NCBI GenBank assembly: GCA_030295235.1
Contig: AP026139.1
Location: 744,001-808,000, forward strand
From: Fistulifera solaris
Lineage: Eukaryota
Reading direction: 5' to 3'
DNA length: 64,000 bases
Shown here one piece after another: positions 10,709 through 22,521 of the stretch. The notes below the pieces were generated by a model. It worked only from the letters and a program-made list of their open reading frames with translations. It had not been told where the DNA came from and ran no database searches. Numbering within the stretch: the first letter of the stretch is position 1; every line of letters begins with the position of its first letter. Both the position numbers and the translations under genes were made by a program.

Positions 10709-12250
10709 ATGAGGATGACAACGACGACAAGAACGACGAGGAGGGACCTTTGTCTGTGCTTTCTCTCAGTCGCCTCATTTTGTATCAAATTTCGATTTAC
10801 GGCAGCTTTTCTTCCAAGTCATTCCTTATTTGCTGTGACAAGCACTCTCTCAAAACGCGCTTTCTCTACTCAAGTCTACAGTTACCGCAGGAATGAAGAC
10901 GATGACGACGAGGATGACGAAGATGATATGATCGATGTCGAATCGTTGGGCAACTGGAGAGACTTTCGAAGATCACTCGGTCAATCCTTTTCTTCTTCGT
11001 CTTCCTTCCCAGAAAAACGACCAGCGACATCCGTTAGCACCGAAAATGAAGCTTTATTGGCGACACAAAATGAAGAACTGGCACTCGAATATCGCAATGG
11101 AGTTTGGGCACACGAAACTTCCTTGGTAAGATTCATTTGATTCGTTTGTGCTTTCGTTGTTACGTGCGCCTACTTGACACTTTACAAGCGGTGTCTAATG
11201 CTCAATTTTAATATTTGCAGCCGGAACTGGGTGGACTGATGGTGCGCATGCCGCTGGAGGTTGAATTGTACCGCAATCACAAACACTGCATACTCGGCAA
11301 ACAATTCCGCAACAGCTTGGCCGCCAACCAACCGAACACCGAGGAGGAGGATGACGACAACCGACGAACTTGGCGCAAAGCACATGGTCTCATACAATCA
11401 CAAATGCTACAATTGGTCGACAAAGTCAAACCGAGTGGTGAATTGAATGCAGCCAAGTTGTCGACAAAACAATCCGAGTTGTTGCAAATGTATTTGGACC
11501 ATCAAGAGACCTGGCAAGAAGTGTGCCTTATTTATCAAAAGAGGAGGCTTCATCGGAAGCTACGAGTTGTATGGTGGTATTGAATCGACCCATGGCCATG
11601 AAATTGACCGAAAATTTGGCGCAGCTCATCTTGTTTGGGAATCCGCCGGTCGAGGATGACCAGGATGAGCATTTGAACGAACAAGAAGCATCCCAACTGG
11701 TGCGATTTCTACTCGCATTCGGTAGCGAGTGCGGTGTTTACATTGGTGGACCCGATCAACAGGATCAACCAGCACTGTTGTTGCATGGCTTTGCCGAACT
11801 GCCGGGTGCGACGGAGATTGCCAACGGTCTCTATCAAGGAGGATTGGAAGCCGCCATGGATGGCGTATTGCGCGGCAAGTACCGGGCCTTGGATTTTCGT
11901 TTCTTTGTCGGGCGTCATGAATGCGAACCGCCCTTTTCAATGGAACTGTTGGTGGAATTGGGGAAATATCAGCCCATAGCAGCGGCCCGATCGTTGGCGT
12001 TGAAGCAATGTTTGTCTTTGCCCAAGCCGTTGTGGCATGAAGTGCTGGAACTGTGCGGAGAGAAATGGAAAGAAATGTCGAATTGGGAACGAACAAAAAG
12101 GACACGATTCACTTTCAGATCCTAGACGATGATGACGAAGATGTCGAAGATTGGGGAGGCGAAATAGTTGATGAGTTGAGTGAATTAGAGCTGGATGAAG
12201 ACGACGTTGACGATGAATTTGGATGGCTTTGAAAAGTTCGAGATTTAGAT
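10709..12250 (+). CDS. DUF179 / AlgH (UPF0301)-like protein, probably plastid-targeted; intron ~11126-11220; frameshifts; 3' end approximate
   Basis: WRDFRRSL, WAHET, VVLNRP, VYIGGP, FRFFVG motifs; TAAFLP leader. Confidence 0.7.
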
Positions 12251-13902
12251 GAGAACTGCCTCTCTTCTCGAGCAAATGATGTAGACTTGTGCCCTTTCTG
12301 ATCCTGAAGGCGGCTTCCTTACATTGGTGATTGCATGTGCAAACTGCCCAGCAGTGGCTGTCGTTTTTCGTCGCTGAACGTCGACATGACCAAACTATAA
12401 TGAGCAGAATGAATATAGGATAATAGAACACACCGTTGAGCGGTCCATCAAATATCGACGTTTATCCACTCATGAATCATTGTAATCCAGATTCGTACGA
12501 ACGGTATTTAAACACCATTCTGAAATACATGAAGAGGTTACAAATAAAAGCATTTATTTAGCTCTTGTAAAACAATGATTGGTCAACAACTCAAGCTATT
12601 GATAACTGTTCATTTGCTTTGTGTTTATTTTGGAACTGGAGGGAATACATTGCATTTGGTGCCCATTTTGATCTCGCCCTACCTGGTAGCCTTGACAAAA
12701 GGGGGAAGTGTAGAGATGACCCTTCGTGAAAGAACTGAATACCAGTCCCGGAAACAGCTTATTTGTTGACATCAAATATTCGTTATTCGAATGACTTTAT
12801 CATTGATCTACTTCGTCGCGTACCAGTAGACTTTCTAGGATGAAAGATTGTTCTGTTCCCGTATCATGTTCACTTCACGCTCACACATTCACGAGCTTGT
12901 CTCTAGTCGAGATACGGCAATTCGTCGCGTTGTTCTTTCTCTTGACAAATGCCTCATCAAAAGGAAAGAACCATCATCGCAAAAAGGTAGGAAAGAAAGG
13001 CCGCAACTTGCATTCTTTCGCCGCAAAACGCAGCCAGGCGAAGCTGCAGTCGTCATTTTCGTTTCCGCGAAAGCTTGCAGACCTTTCATGATCCTCGAAA
13101 AGTAGCATCGACGAACAATGCTTCTTCGACCGCTGCAAAGGGCTATTACGGCATTTGCAAAGAGGCTTCTCTTACATTTCACAGCTGGATTTCGCGTGAA
13201 GCTTGCCTGCAAAACAAAATTTCCGTTGTTGACGATTATCGCCAATGATGTGCAAGAAATCATTCATCACAATCACGGCGTGTATTTGAAGCAACATGCG
13301 TAAGATCTATAGTCTTGCGAAGAACAGTGAAGGCTTCGTCACCTTTGTCAATCATCAGATATCCCATTCTGATGAAAAGACTATTTCGGAAGAGTGTCTC
13401 ATGCTGGAGCCCCAAGGTGCCGCGGTATTTTTATTTTCAAAAGACAGTTACGTCATGTTGATTCATAACCACGGACAACAAGGAACCGCTGCGGCATTCC
13501 TCACAAGTCAATCAAACAACAGAACATTACATGCCTGCACTCTGTATAGCCAATTATGATTCCTATGATATTATCGATCGTCTGCTTGCAATAAAGACAG
13601 CAAGGGGTACTCGAGCTCTGGTGACAGTGAAACAAAAAAAAACAAATGCGCTTCGCGTCCGTACCTGGTACGTCGTCGCGCGACAAGAGAAAAAGAGGAA
13701 AAAAGGCGACCTATCCCAACGACGACGACGACGACGACGACTCAACTAATTCTCAGTCCCGGTGGTTACCACCGAAAAGAAAAAAGACAACGACAGAACG
13801 AGAAGAGTAATAAGCCATTATCATTCTTTCTACTTATTATCAGCTCTCTCTTCTCCATACTTGCTTTAATAAAAAGCGGTTTGACTCAGTATAGAAAGTA
13901 CG

Positions 13903-14740
13903 ATGGAGGATCACCGACAGCGAAACGACAAGAACGATTCGGACGGATCATCCGATCGCAACAGCGTGTCACAGAAGAGACGTCGGTCTTCCGATGCTAG
14001 CGATGACGATTCGTCGTCATTCTCTAGATCATCTTCATCTTCTTACAGCAGTAGCAGTGAAGATCGACGTACGAAGAAGCACAAAAAAGAAAAGAAGAGC
14101 AAGAAACACTCCAAAGATAAAAAGAAAAAACACTCAAAAGACAAAAAGAAGAAAAAGAAAAAACACAACAAGAAACATGATGACAAGAAGAGGAAGAAAG
14201 CGAAGAAGTATTCCCGACGAGATGATGAAAGCGATGGCGATTCCAGCAATGGCCCCGTCAATCAATTCGGAAAGTATGGAATCATTCCTTCTTCGACGAC
14301 CATGCACAATCCTCAGTACGAACGATCTTTCGAAATGTGGATGTCGGAAATCAAAGGCATCAATGTCGTCGAAAGCAATATACCGAAATTCGAACTCAAA
14401 CAGTACTGGGAAGACTATCGTGAAGATTTCAATACGGCGACCTTACCGCACAAGAAATATTACGACTATGACAAATGGGAACGTGATCAAAAACAACAAG
14501 AATCACAGCAAACTAACACCACCATATCGAGTGTACAACGTGCCGAGCACGAATACCAATTACAACGACAGCAAGCCCAATTGCAACAACAGCGTCAATT
14601 GCTTCCAATCTACCATGAGTCGAGAAAAAGTACAAAAAATGAAAGAAATGGCGCAACTGCGGACCGAAATGCAAGTAGCTTTTCAGCGGGGAGATATGAC
14701 AACTTATCAGCGGCTGAAAGATAAACTGGAGGGCAATTAG
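13903..14740 (+). CDS. Lys/Ser-rich putative nuclear protein of unknown function (frameshift ~14610)
   Basis: Low-complexity K/S/D N-terminus, then FGKYGII...EDFNTATLPHKKYYD. Confidence 0.65.
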
Positions 14741-14804
14741 TCGTAGTGTTACTCTAAAAACCCTTGGATTCCTAACAGCACTTTTAATATTCTCGCCTCG
14801 ATCT

Positions 14805-15233
14805 TTATTTTTGCCACGGGAATTTAAAACCTTGTGCCGCTCTCGCTTCGTCTTCCGGATCGACCCATCCATTCTCAAAGTAAGGCATTTGCGTTTGTTT
14901 GGAGTTTCCGTTTTCATCGACCAAGTTGTTGGCCTCTAAAGAAAACATGAATTTTCCCGTCTCTTCGTCAACACCTTCAAAGTCTCCCAAGAACGGTGCA
15001 CCCATACCAGCTGTTATCAATTGCAAGACACCAGAAATACCAATCTTCTTTTCTTCTTTTGGCTGTTTGGCTTCTTCTGTTTCGGGTTGCTTCGGCGTCA
15101 GGAAATCGGGGATACCGAAATGTAGCGTCGTCGAAGAAGACGCAGAAAGACTTCGTGAAGTAGGCGTGTACGGCACAAACGCGCTGGCCGTTATCGCACA
15201 AACTAAAGCAGCGAGAAGCGCTTTCGATGGCAT
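14805..15233 (-). CDS. Small plastid-targeted hypothetical protein
   Basis: MPSKALLAALVCAITASAFVP bipartite leader; LQLITAGMGAPFLGDF core. Confidence 0.7.
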   Translation of the reverse strand: MPSKALLAALVCAITASAFVPYTPTSRSLSASSSTTLHFGIPDFLTPKQPETEEAKQPKEEKKIGISGVLQLITAGMGAPFLGDFEGVDEETGKFMFSLEANNLVDENGNSKQTQMPYFENGWVDPEDEARAAQGFKFPWQK

Positions 15234-15372
15234 ATTGTTAACAGTAAAAGAGGAATTTGTTCGTACTGCTTCTTTGAAAGAAAATGGTCCCTGCACTTGT
15301 CGTGTTTGGTGTTCAAGGCTTTTCTCATTTCAACAAATAATATTTGTACACGTCACTACATTTTACGAATAC

Positions 15373-15456
15373 ATGGAAGGACGTTAAAATTCTGCCTCCA
15401 AGTACAAGATTCTACGTAGCGTCTACGACGAGGCAGAATTTTAACGCCGTTTCCAT
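15373..15456. repeat. Dispersed ~80 bp inverted-repeat element A, copy 1
   Basis: CGTTAAAATTCTGCCTC...GAGGCAGAATTTTAACG. Confidence 0.8.
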
Positions 15457-15465
15457 CAGGATCGC

Positions 15466-15543
15466 AAGGTGCGGGAAAAAGTGTACACTCACGTAGGCCC
15501 CCGTAGAGAAATGTACCAAGCAGAGGTGCGTTCCCGTGTCTCC
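15466..15543 (+). repeat. Dispersed ~77 bp element B, copy 1
   Basis: GGTGCGGGAA...CGTAGGCCCCCGTAGAGAAATGTACCAAGCAGAGG...TTCCCGTGTCTC. Confidence 0.85.
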
Positions 15544-15919
15544 AAGGGAGCCCAGACAAAACCTTCTCCCTACAGTAGCTTTTAAAACTACCTGGTATGG
15601 ATGCCAATCTATTTGCGGCTTTGTTTTGCAATGAAGTCGTCATAGCACTCAGCGAAGCGCGTAGATCGGACTCATAATCAATACCCCTCATGAATGAAAT
15701 AAAACTCGAAACGTAAATTGGACAAAGATACAAGATCTAAAAAATGTTTTCTACGTCATTTTCACGTTGGCTCCGTAGGGAAAATTATTGACAATCTGTC
15801 CGTCTTCCGCCGGACCCCATGCAACAAAACAGACACGCAAAGAAACGCGCATCTTAATTCATTCCGTCTTTTATTATGCATATGGACTATAGTCATTGCA
15901 ATATCAATCACCTTTCAAC

Positions 15920-17869
15920 ATGACAAACGAAAAGACACCTGCCATTCTTACCGGACTAGTCGAAAGCCTAGGACCCGAATGCCTCGATCGCATTCAAAAT
16001 TGTCGTTTACTTGTCGTCGGAGCCGGAGGCATTGGTTGTGAATTACTCAAGAATTTGAGTCTCTCTGGATTCCGTCACTTCGAAGTCGTCGATTTAGACA
16101 CAATTGATGTCTCGAATCTTAATCGACAGTTACTTTTTCGCGCGAAACACGTCGGTCAGCCGAAATGTGTTGTAGGAGTCGCTGTGGCGAAAGATCTTTC
16201 GCCCTACGCGGATACACAAATAATGACAGCGCGTCACGGCAATGTCTGTGATAATTCCGTCTTTAATGTACAATACATGGAACAATTTGATCTTGTGCTG
16301 AATGCTCTCGATAATGTCACGGCCCGTCGCCGTGTCAACCGCTTGTGTTTGGCGGCCAACGTTCCCATGATGGAAGCCGGTACTACGGGCTATTTGGGAC
16401 AAGTGCAGACGATTTACAAAGGTGTCGCCTGCTACGAGTGCAAAACGCAAGAACCGCCGAAAGTCTATCCCATCTGTACAATTCGTTCGACGCCCAGTCA
16501 ACCCGTTCATACGATTGTTTGGGCCAAGGAATTGTACAGGCTACTCTGAGTCCCGATCCTTCTCAGAGTATGCTTTGGGAAGACTTTCAGAATGAAGAAT
16601 CGAGTACGTATATGCAAGCGGCGCTCGAGTTGCGCGACATGAATCAGGATCCCGACGCCGGTGAGCACACGAAAAAGACGGCGATAGATCGATTATGGAA
16701 GGCCTTGTATGCCGATGAAATACAAAAACAATTAAATATGGATCGTTACAAGACAGCCGAGAAGACTCCCATTGTGTTAGAAATGCCTACCGCTGCGATG
16801 AATACACAGCCCGAGTGGAAACCCATGTCCATTTGGTCCCTGTCGGAATGTTTCTACGAATTTAGCAATGCATTGATGTCGGTATTGGAGATGCCCGAAT
16901 CTTTTGACAAGGACGACGAACTGGCGATGCGTTTCGTGACAGCAGCGGCGCAAATGCGTAGTATGAACTTTCATATTCCCTTGCAAAGTTATCATGATAC
17001 CAAAGGCATTGCCGGCAACATCATCCCCGCGATTGCTACCACGAACGCTATTGTGGCCGGGTTGCAAATCCTGCAAGTCTTTTCTTTGTTGCAGGCGCAA
17101 CTCGCCAACAAGGACATTAGCAGTAAATTACCACCGGTGGGAACGGGAAAGTATATTAACTGTTTGAGAAATGCGACACGCAATGGGTTGTACTTGGCCG
17201 CGTCGCCTTTGGAAACACCGAATCCGCAATGTTTTGTGTGTCGCGAGCAGGTTACGGTCGTCCTCACACTATCCACAAAAACACTGCAAAGTCATTTCGT
17301 TTGCACGCTTTGTGCAAACGATCATTCAACAAGAGTTAGGCTTCGCTGAACCGACGGTTTATTTGAACCAAGATGTTTTGATTTGGGAAGAAGGCAAGGA
17401 TTCAGATGAAACGCTACGAAGTGTGAATGGTGTCAAGTTGTTGCAAGACTTGCCTCGTGGCGGCTTACAGCACGGATCCGTGTTGACAGTTGAAGACTTT
17501 AGTCAAGATTTGCAAGTCGATGTTCGCGTTGTGATCGTGTCAGATGAGGACTTTAAACGTCAACACGGTAAAGAAGATGATGCGGAAGAGGATGACGACG
17601 CATATGCTTTGCGTTATCACATTGGTGGCGATAAGCCGGTCGTAGGGAGGAGTGCTGGTGACGACGATGAAGCGAAAGAAAATTCGGCTGCTATCGTTGA
17701 GGATGCCGACGAAGATGGCGTTGTCGAGATTGTAGAGGACACCAGCAATGGTAAGAAGCGGGTCATGAACGGAGAAACGAGGCACGAATCGCCACTGAAG
17801 AAACAGAAGACGTCCAAAGGCGCTAATATCGAAGAAGGTGAAGAAGTGATCGAAATTGATGATCGATGA
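15920..17869 (+). CDS. UBA2: SUMO-activating enzyme E1 subunit 2 (two apparent frameshifts)
   Basis: GAGGIGCELLK, SNLNRQ, CxxC pairs, catalytic YPICTIRSTP, AGNIIPAIATTNA. Confidence 0.92.
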
Positions 17870-18011
17870 ATAAGTGAAGCGCTCTGATTGATATTATAAT
17901 CGTAACTACTATTATAGGGGTTGTGAAAATAGACACTGTTCGGAGCTGTTTGTGTCGTACATCTGAAGTAGAATAACGTCTACACGCCACACAAAAGGCC
18001 GACTTGCGCAT

Positions 18012-18401
18012 TTATACAAGAAAACCCAAAGTATCACCATTGACTTTGGCCTTCTTAATCAAACGAGTGCGCATATGATAGGCTCCAACCCATTCGCAAA
18101 AGTCACCAATATATTGCGAGTGATAACTGATCGCCTTGCCTCGAATTTTGTTCAATTTATCTTGACCAAGAACCGCTTTTGCGGCGTAAACAGCTGGACT
18201 GAAGATACCGAATTTCGCTTGCGATCCCATGTAGAGTTCTGTGGCTTTGCCGCGGCGTGTTGTTGAAGCAGCAGCAGGAACACTGCCGTTGCGAGAAACG
18301 ACAAAGGAAGAACCTCCCGAAAGTCCGCTTGAAACGAAAGCGTTTGCTGTTTGTAGCGACAACAGGACCGTCAACAACAAGAAACTGAGAATTGATTTCA
18401 T
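18012..18401 (-). CDS. PGR5: Proton gradient regulation 5-like thylakoid protein
   Basis: ANAF plastid leader; IFSPAV...KLNKIRGKAISYHSQYIGDFC...LIKKAKVNGDTLGFL matches the PGR5 pattern. Confidence 0.88.
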   Translation of the reverse strand: MKSILSFLLLTVLLSLQTANAFVSSGLSGGSSFVVSRNGSVPAAASTTRRGKATELYMGSQAKFGIFSPAVYAAKAVLGQDKLNKIRGKAISYHSQYIGDFCEWVGAYHMRTRLIKKAKVNGDTLGFLV

Positions 18402-18845
18402 TTTTACTGAAAAGAGTTGCAATAGAATGAAAGAAAGGAAAGGAATGACAACAATCCTTGGTTTGTGAGCACTGCAACGAGTGCAACATACTGTACGAAA
18501 ACATGCTCGTCACGTGTCACGTGGGTTTGGCGAGCACTAGACTGACGTGTTTCATGAAGACCCGTCGCCGGATGACGGACGCCCTCTAGAGCCGTGAACT
18601 TGTCGTTCTGTATTTAAGGGTGAAAATCAGATCCGTGTCGTACGATGACTAGCACAAACTGCGATGCTTCGGAAAAGAACATAACGACAAGAAGAGCAAT
18701 CCATTTTCATCACAAAACAACAATCCATCATGTCTCGTGCGAGTTCTTTCGATCGAACTGCATCCTGACTCAAAGTAACCATAAAATACAATAGATTTAG
18801 AAAGGAAAATGCACACGAAACAAACGAACGAACCCGAGGACACAA

Positions 18846-19673
18846 ATGGACCCTTTGCGGGGACATGCATTCGCGCAATCGCAACACTCGTCTCACAAAA
18901 ACACACCGATGTTTCTGCTAGAAACATTAGCTGCGTCGACGTCAGAAACAATTCGAATACTGTCCCGTCTTTTTGACTGCTTTCATCCTCAGAAGTTCCC
19001 AGACGACGATGAAGACGACTACGACTACGACTACGAAGATTTTGTTGACGCACGAGTATTTCGCAATCCAATTATGATTGCTTTACTCGAAGGACTGCCC
19101 CAAAATGAGGCAGAAGAACGGGACCGACGGCGAGAAGACCTCATCAATGACGAAGAAGAACTTTTGAATGTCGAGGATCCCATCTTTGATTACGAAAACT
19201 CCTTGACACCCTTGGAATATATCGTTTATCACAATGAATGGCAAGTGTTGTGGGGTATCTTCCTGAAAGAGGAGTGGGACCCTACCGTGCATCCAGCACC
19301 GCTCAAAGATAGTTTTCATTCATTGCGAGCATTACTAAAGTTGTCGTTGCATCCGGAGCAGAAAGAAACAAGGGCAACGTTGTTTTTGATCGAGTACTTG
19401 TATTATCCGAAGGAGTCTACCCCATTGGAAGAGATTCAGAAGTGCTTGGCTACGATCGATCCTACGTTTGACTGGCAGGCCACTTTTGTACAACCTTTGA
19501 AATACAAGCAATCACTTTTGCAGAGCACGTTGTTGCCAGATGATGTACGACAAATGATCTGGAGTGAGCATGTCCAGCCCGACGTCTTGCATCAAGCGAT
19601 CCGACAATGTGCGTGGGGAGTAGTGATCGTGTCGGATGAAGCAATGTCACAGGCAGCGCTGAATGGGGAATGA
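18846..19673 (+). CDS. Hypothetical protein, local family member 1
   Basis: 275 aa ORF; similar to the next two ORFs. Confidence 0.7.
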   Translation: MDPLRGHAFAQSQHSSHKNTPMFLLETLAASTSETIRILSRLFDCFHPQKFPDDDEDDYDYDYEDFVDARVFRNPIMIALLEGLPQNEAEERDRRREDLINDEEELLNVEDPIFDYENSLTPLEYIVYHNEWQVLWGIFLKEEWDPTVHPAPLKDSFHSLRALLKLSLHPEQKETRATLFLIEYLYYPKESTPLEEIQKCLATIDPTFDWQATFVQPLKYKQSLLQSTLLPDDVRQMIWSEHVQPDVLHQAIRQCAWGVVIVSDEAMSQAALNGE

Positions 19674-20534
19674 ATAGTAATAATTCATAAACAGTTGTTG
19701 AGCTTTACGATCGTCTCTCTGGTTAAACGTAATCACTGAAGCTATTCGTTGCAGCAGTAGCTTGTAATTGCTCTGGCAACTGTTCTTTAGCATCCAATTG
19801 CAAAAAAGTGTCTTTCAATCTAAGTAGCTGATAAAACAGCAAAACAGCGAATTCGTGACAGAATCCAGTCACGAGAAAAGGTCGTCTACACTTTGGGATC
19901 ATAGTAAATTCAATGTGACCAAAATTTACTACGCGTTTAGGCGCAAAATACCGAAAGGAATCCTTTCCAAGTGCATCTTAAAGCTATTGAGAATGTATTG
20001 AGCGCATTTTGTGGTCAAACTGACGGAAGTAGCTATTGCAAGCTACAAAAGCAAATAAATCGGCCGAAGAAACTCATGACTAAATCCAGTCTTGAGAAAA
20101 ATTGACAAGACTTCAGAGCTCAGAGGGTGTCGTACCATGACTGACTTATTATGAATTATCATCATCAATCATCAATCATCATCATCTGTCTCTTGTCGCT
20201 TGCTCTTGCGACGAAAATGGACAGCTCGATAACCGCACGACAAAGTTGATGATAGCCATGGCGGTGTGCGTCGATAATAATCAATCACATTCAGCATCAT
20301 CGATCCTATAATGTGACCTTATTATAGGTTATTACTCATTATGTGAGTTATTGCGACGGATAAAAGTTAAAGAATGATTATTCGTCTCCTTACTCATTGC
20401 GGATAAGAATCGACATGCGAGTTGATGAGGCATCGAAATCACCCTACTTCCTTCTTCCTTTCATAAATTAAGAAACACTGCAGCGCATACTTTTCAAGGT
20501 GAATTGATCTACTACCAGGAAAAACTTTTACAAT

Positions 20535-21210
20535 ATGTGCTTTCGTCTCCTGGACTGTTTTCTTCCCTTGTGGCGCCAAGTAACAAGTAAGCAAGCCTTC
20601 GACAGAGTGAACGATGATGCGACTTTCGTCTTGTGGGATGATGAAGCCGTACAGCGTCGAGAAAGGGGTGATGCAATCAATCAGTTGGATGAGGGGGAAG
20701 TTCCGCCCCTGATCGTGCCTTTTGACGATGATTCAGATGATCCAATTCCTCTCTTGTCGCCACTTGAATATGCCGTCTACACTAGTCAGTGGCAAGTCTT
20801 TTGGGGGTACGTTCTCATGGAGAAATGGGATACATCCGTTCATCCGAGACCGCTGAAAAGCAGTATTCGTCTATTGTGCTTCTTACTGGATCGAGATAAC
20901 GAAGAAATGATCGCGACTCTTTATTTGGCCGACTTATTGTTGAATCAGCACGAAACAATCAACATGAAAGAAATTCAAGAGTGCTTGGCGATACTTGATC
21001 CATTGTTTGAGTGGAAAAAGGAAGTGTTGAGGACATTACACATGAAGAGAATGCTGTTGGAATCAATGGCCTTGCCGGAAGGCGTACAAGAAACGATTTG
21101 GAGAGAACATGTGATTTGGACGTGATTCGTTTTGCCATTACGAAGTGTGCGAGGGGGAGTTGTCGCTGCGCTGGATGACGAGCTGTCACAACGTGCTGTC
21201 AAATGCTATT
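20535..21210 (+). CDS. Hypothetical protein, local family member 2 (probable 3' frameshift; end approximate)
   Basis: LSPLEYAVYTSQWQVFWG, HPRPLKSS, EIQECLAILD. Confidence 0.65.
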
Positions 21211-21580
21211 GATCGTGTTGATGATATGGATAAGAACGCATTTCAATAGAACTGTCGTTATTATCCCGATGCATGTAGAAATGTCTATTCATTCATTTTC
21301 TTTCCGCAGACGGTGGCGCCGTCCAGAAAAAGGCAGCCCAATCAATCGATGACATATAACTGCCGACGACTACTCACTCCATGTGCATCGCTAGCAATAT
21401 GCAACGAAAATATGCGTTTCGGTATATAAAGAAAACGTTTGCCAGAGATTTTGAAGTGAACAAATAGCATGACAGACTTCACGGGTGAACCACCGTTGCT
21501 TTCGCAAAAAAGCCCTGGAGTGTAGATTCATTCGGTTTCTCATCTCATTGAGCCAATTACTAATCTCGCAAACGAATCAA

Positions 21581-22438
21581 ATGTCATCTTCTATTTCAAA
21601 CTGTGCTCGCGTCCTGTGGCCAGAGTCGAAAGTTGATAGCCCTGCAGATAGCCCCACAGATGCACATTTCGTTGATTCCCTCATTTCCGATGAAGAGCTG
21701 GAACAAACCACTTCGCAATTCAGCGACTCAACCGACACGGAATTGTCTGCTTTGGCGGAAGATTCGATTGATTCTGATTTAGAAATACTCGTTTGGGACG
21801 AAGAGCTTGAAGAGATGTGCGTTTTGCAAAGAGAGCCACCATACCGCGCTGCTGAACAACGGCGCCGACTTTACTTACCAGCGGATGTCGTCCATTATCC
21901 TGCACCAGGCGTCTTCGATCCAGACTTTGTGACTCCAGTCAAAGAAAGGCCATCGCATCTCATTCGCGGAGTTGCAACGAATAATTGGCGGTTCATCTGG
22001 GCAATGTTTCTATCGGATACATTTTCTCAATGGGATATAACTTTTTATCACACGCGCTTCAGTCGATGCTTTCAAGACTTATACAAGTTTCTGGACCCGG
22101 AACATGCCGAAATGAAAGCGACTTTTTATTTAATCGACTTGGCGTACCATAAAGACAGACCGCTTGAAATGAAAACATTTCAGAAGTGTTTGGCTTTATT
22201 GGATTCGCGGTTGAATTGGAACAAAGAAGTTAATCTACCGTCACAATATATGATATTCGTCTTAAGGAGCCTGGGATTACCTGACGTTGTTCTTGAAAAG
22301 ATTTGGAACGATCATTTGCGGCACGAAATTGTGGTCAACGCCATCATACGCTGTGCAATGGATGCTGCGGGTTCAGAATTCGAAGAAATGTCGCACGTTG
22401 TTGATAATCGCTTACCCGCTTACGACGTTTTCCAATGA
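21581..22438 (+). CDS. Hypothetical protein, local family member 3
   Basis: NNWRFIWAMFL, EMKATFYLID, FQKCLALLD, LPDVVLEKIWNDH. Confidence 0.7.
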   Translation: MSSSISNCARVLWPESKVDSPADSPTDAHFVDSLISDEELEQTTSQFSDSTDTELSALAEDSIDSDLEILVWDEELEEMCVLQREPPYRAAEQRRRLYLPADVVHYPAPGVFDPDFVTPVKERPSHLIRGVATNNWRFIWAMFLSDTFSQWDITFYHTRFSRCFQDLYKFLDPEHAEMKATFYLIDLAYHKDRPLEMKTFQKCLALLDSRLNWNKEVNLPSQYMIFVLRSLGLPDVVLEKIWNDHLRHEIVVNAIIRCAMDAAGSEFEEMSHVVDNRLPAYDVFQ

Positions 22439-22521
22439 TGTAGTTAACGTAATTTCAGTTCTTTAACTTAAAATGATGAACGAGAAAAGACAAAGATACA
22501 GTCGCTCTCTCAATTTCATAC

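Noticed and set aside
12575..13750. Cluster of overlapping short ORFs
   Set aside because: No recognisable domain or consistent reading frame
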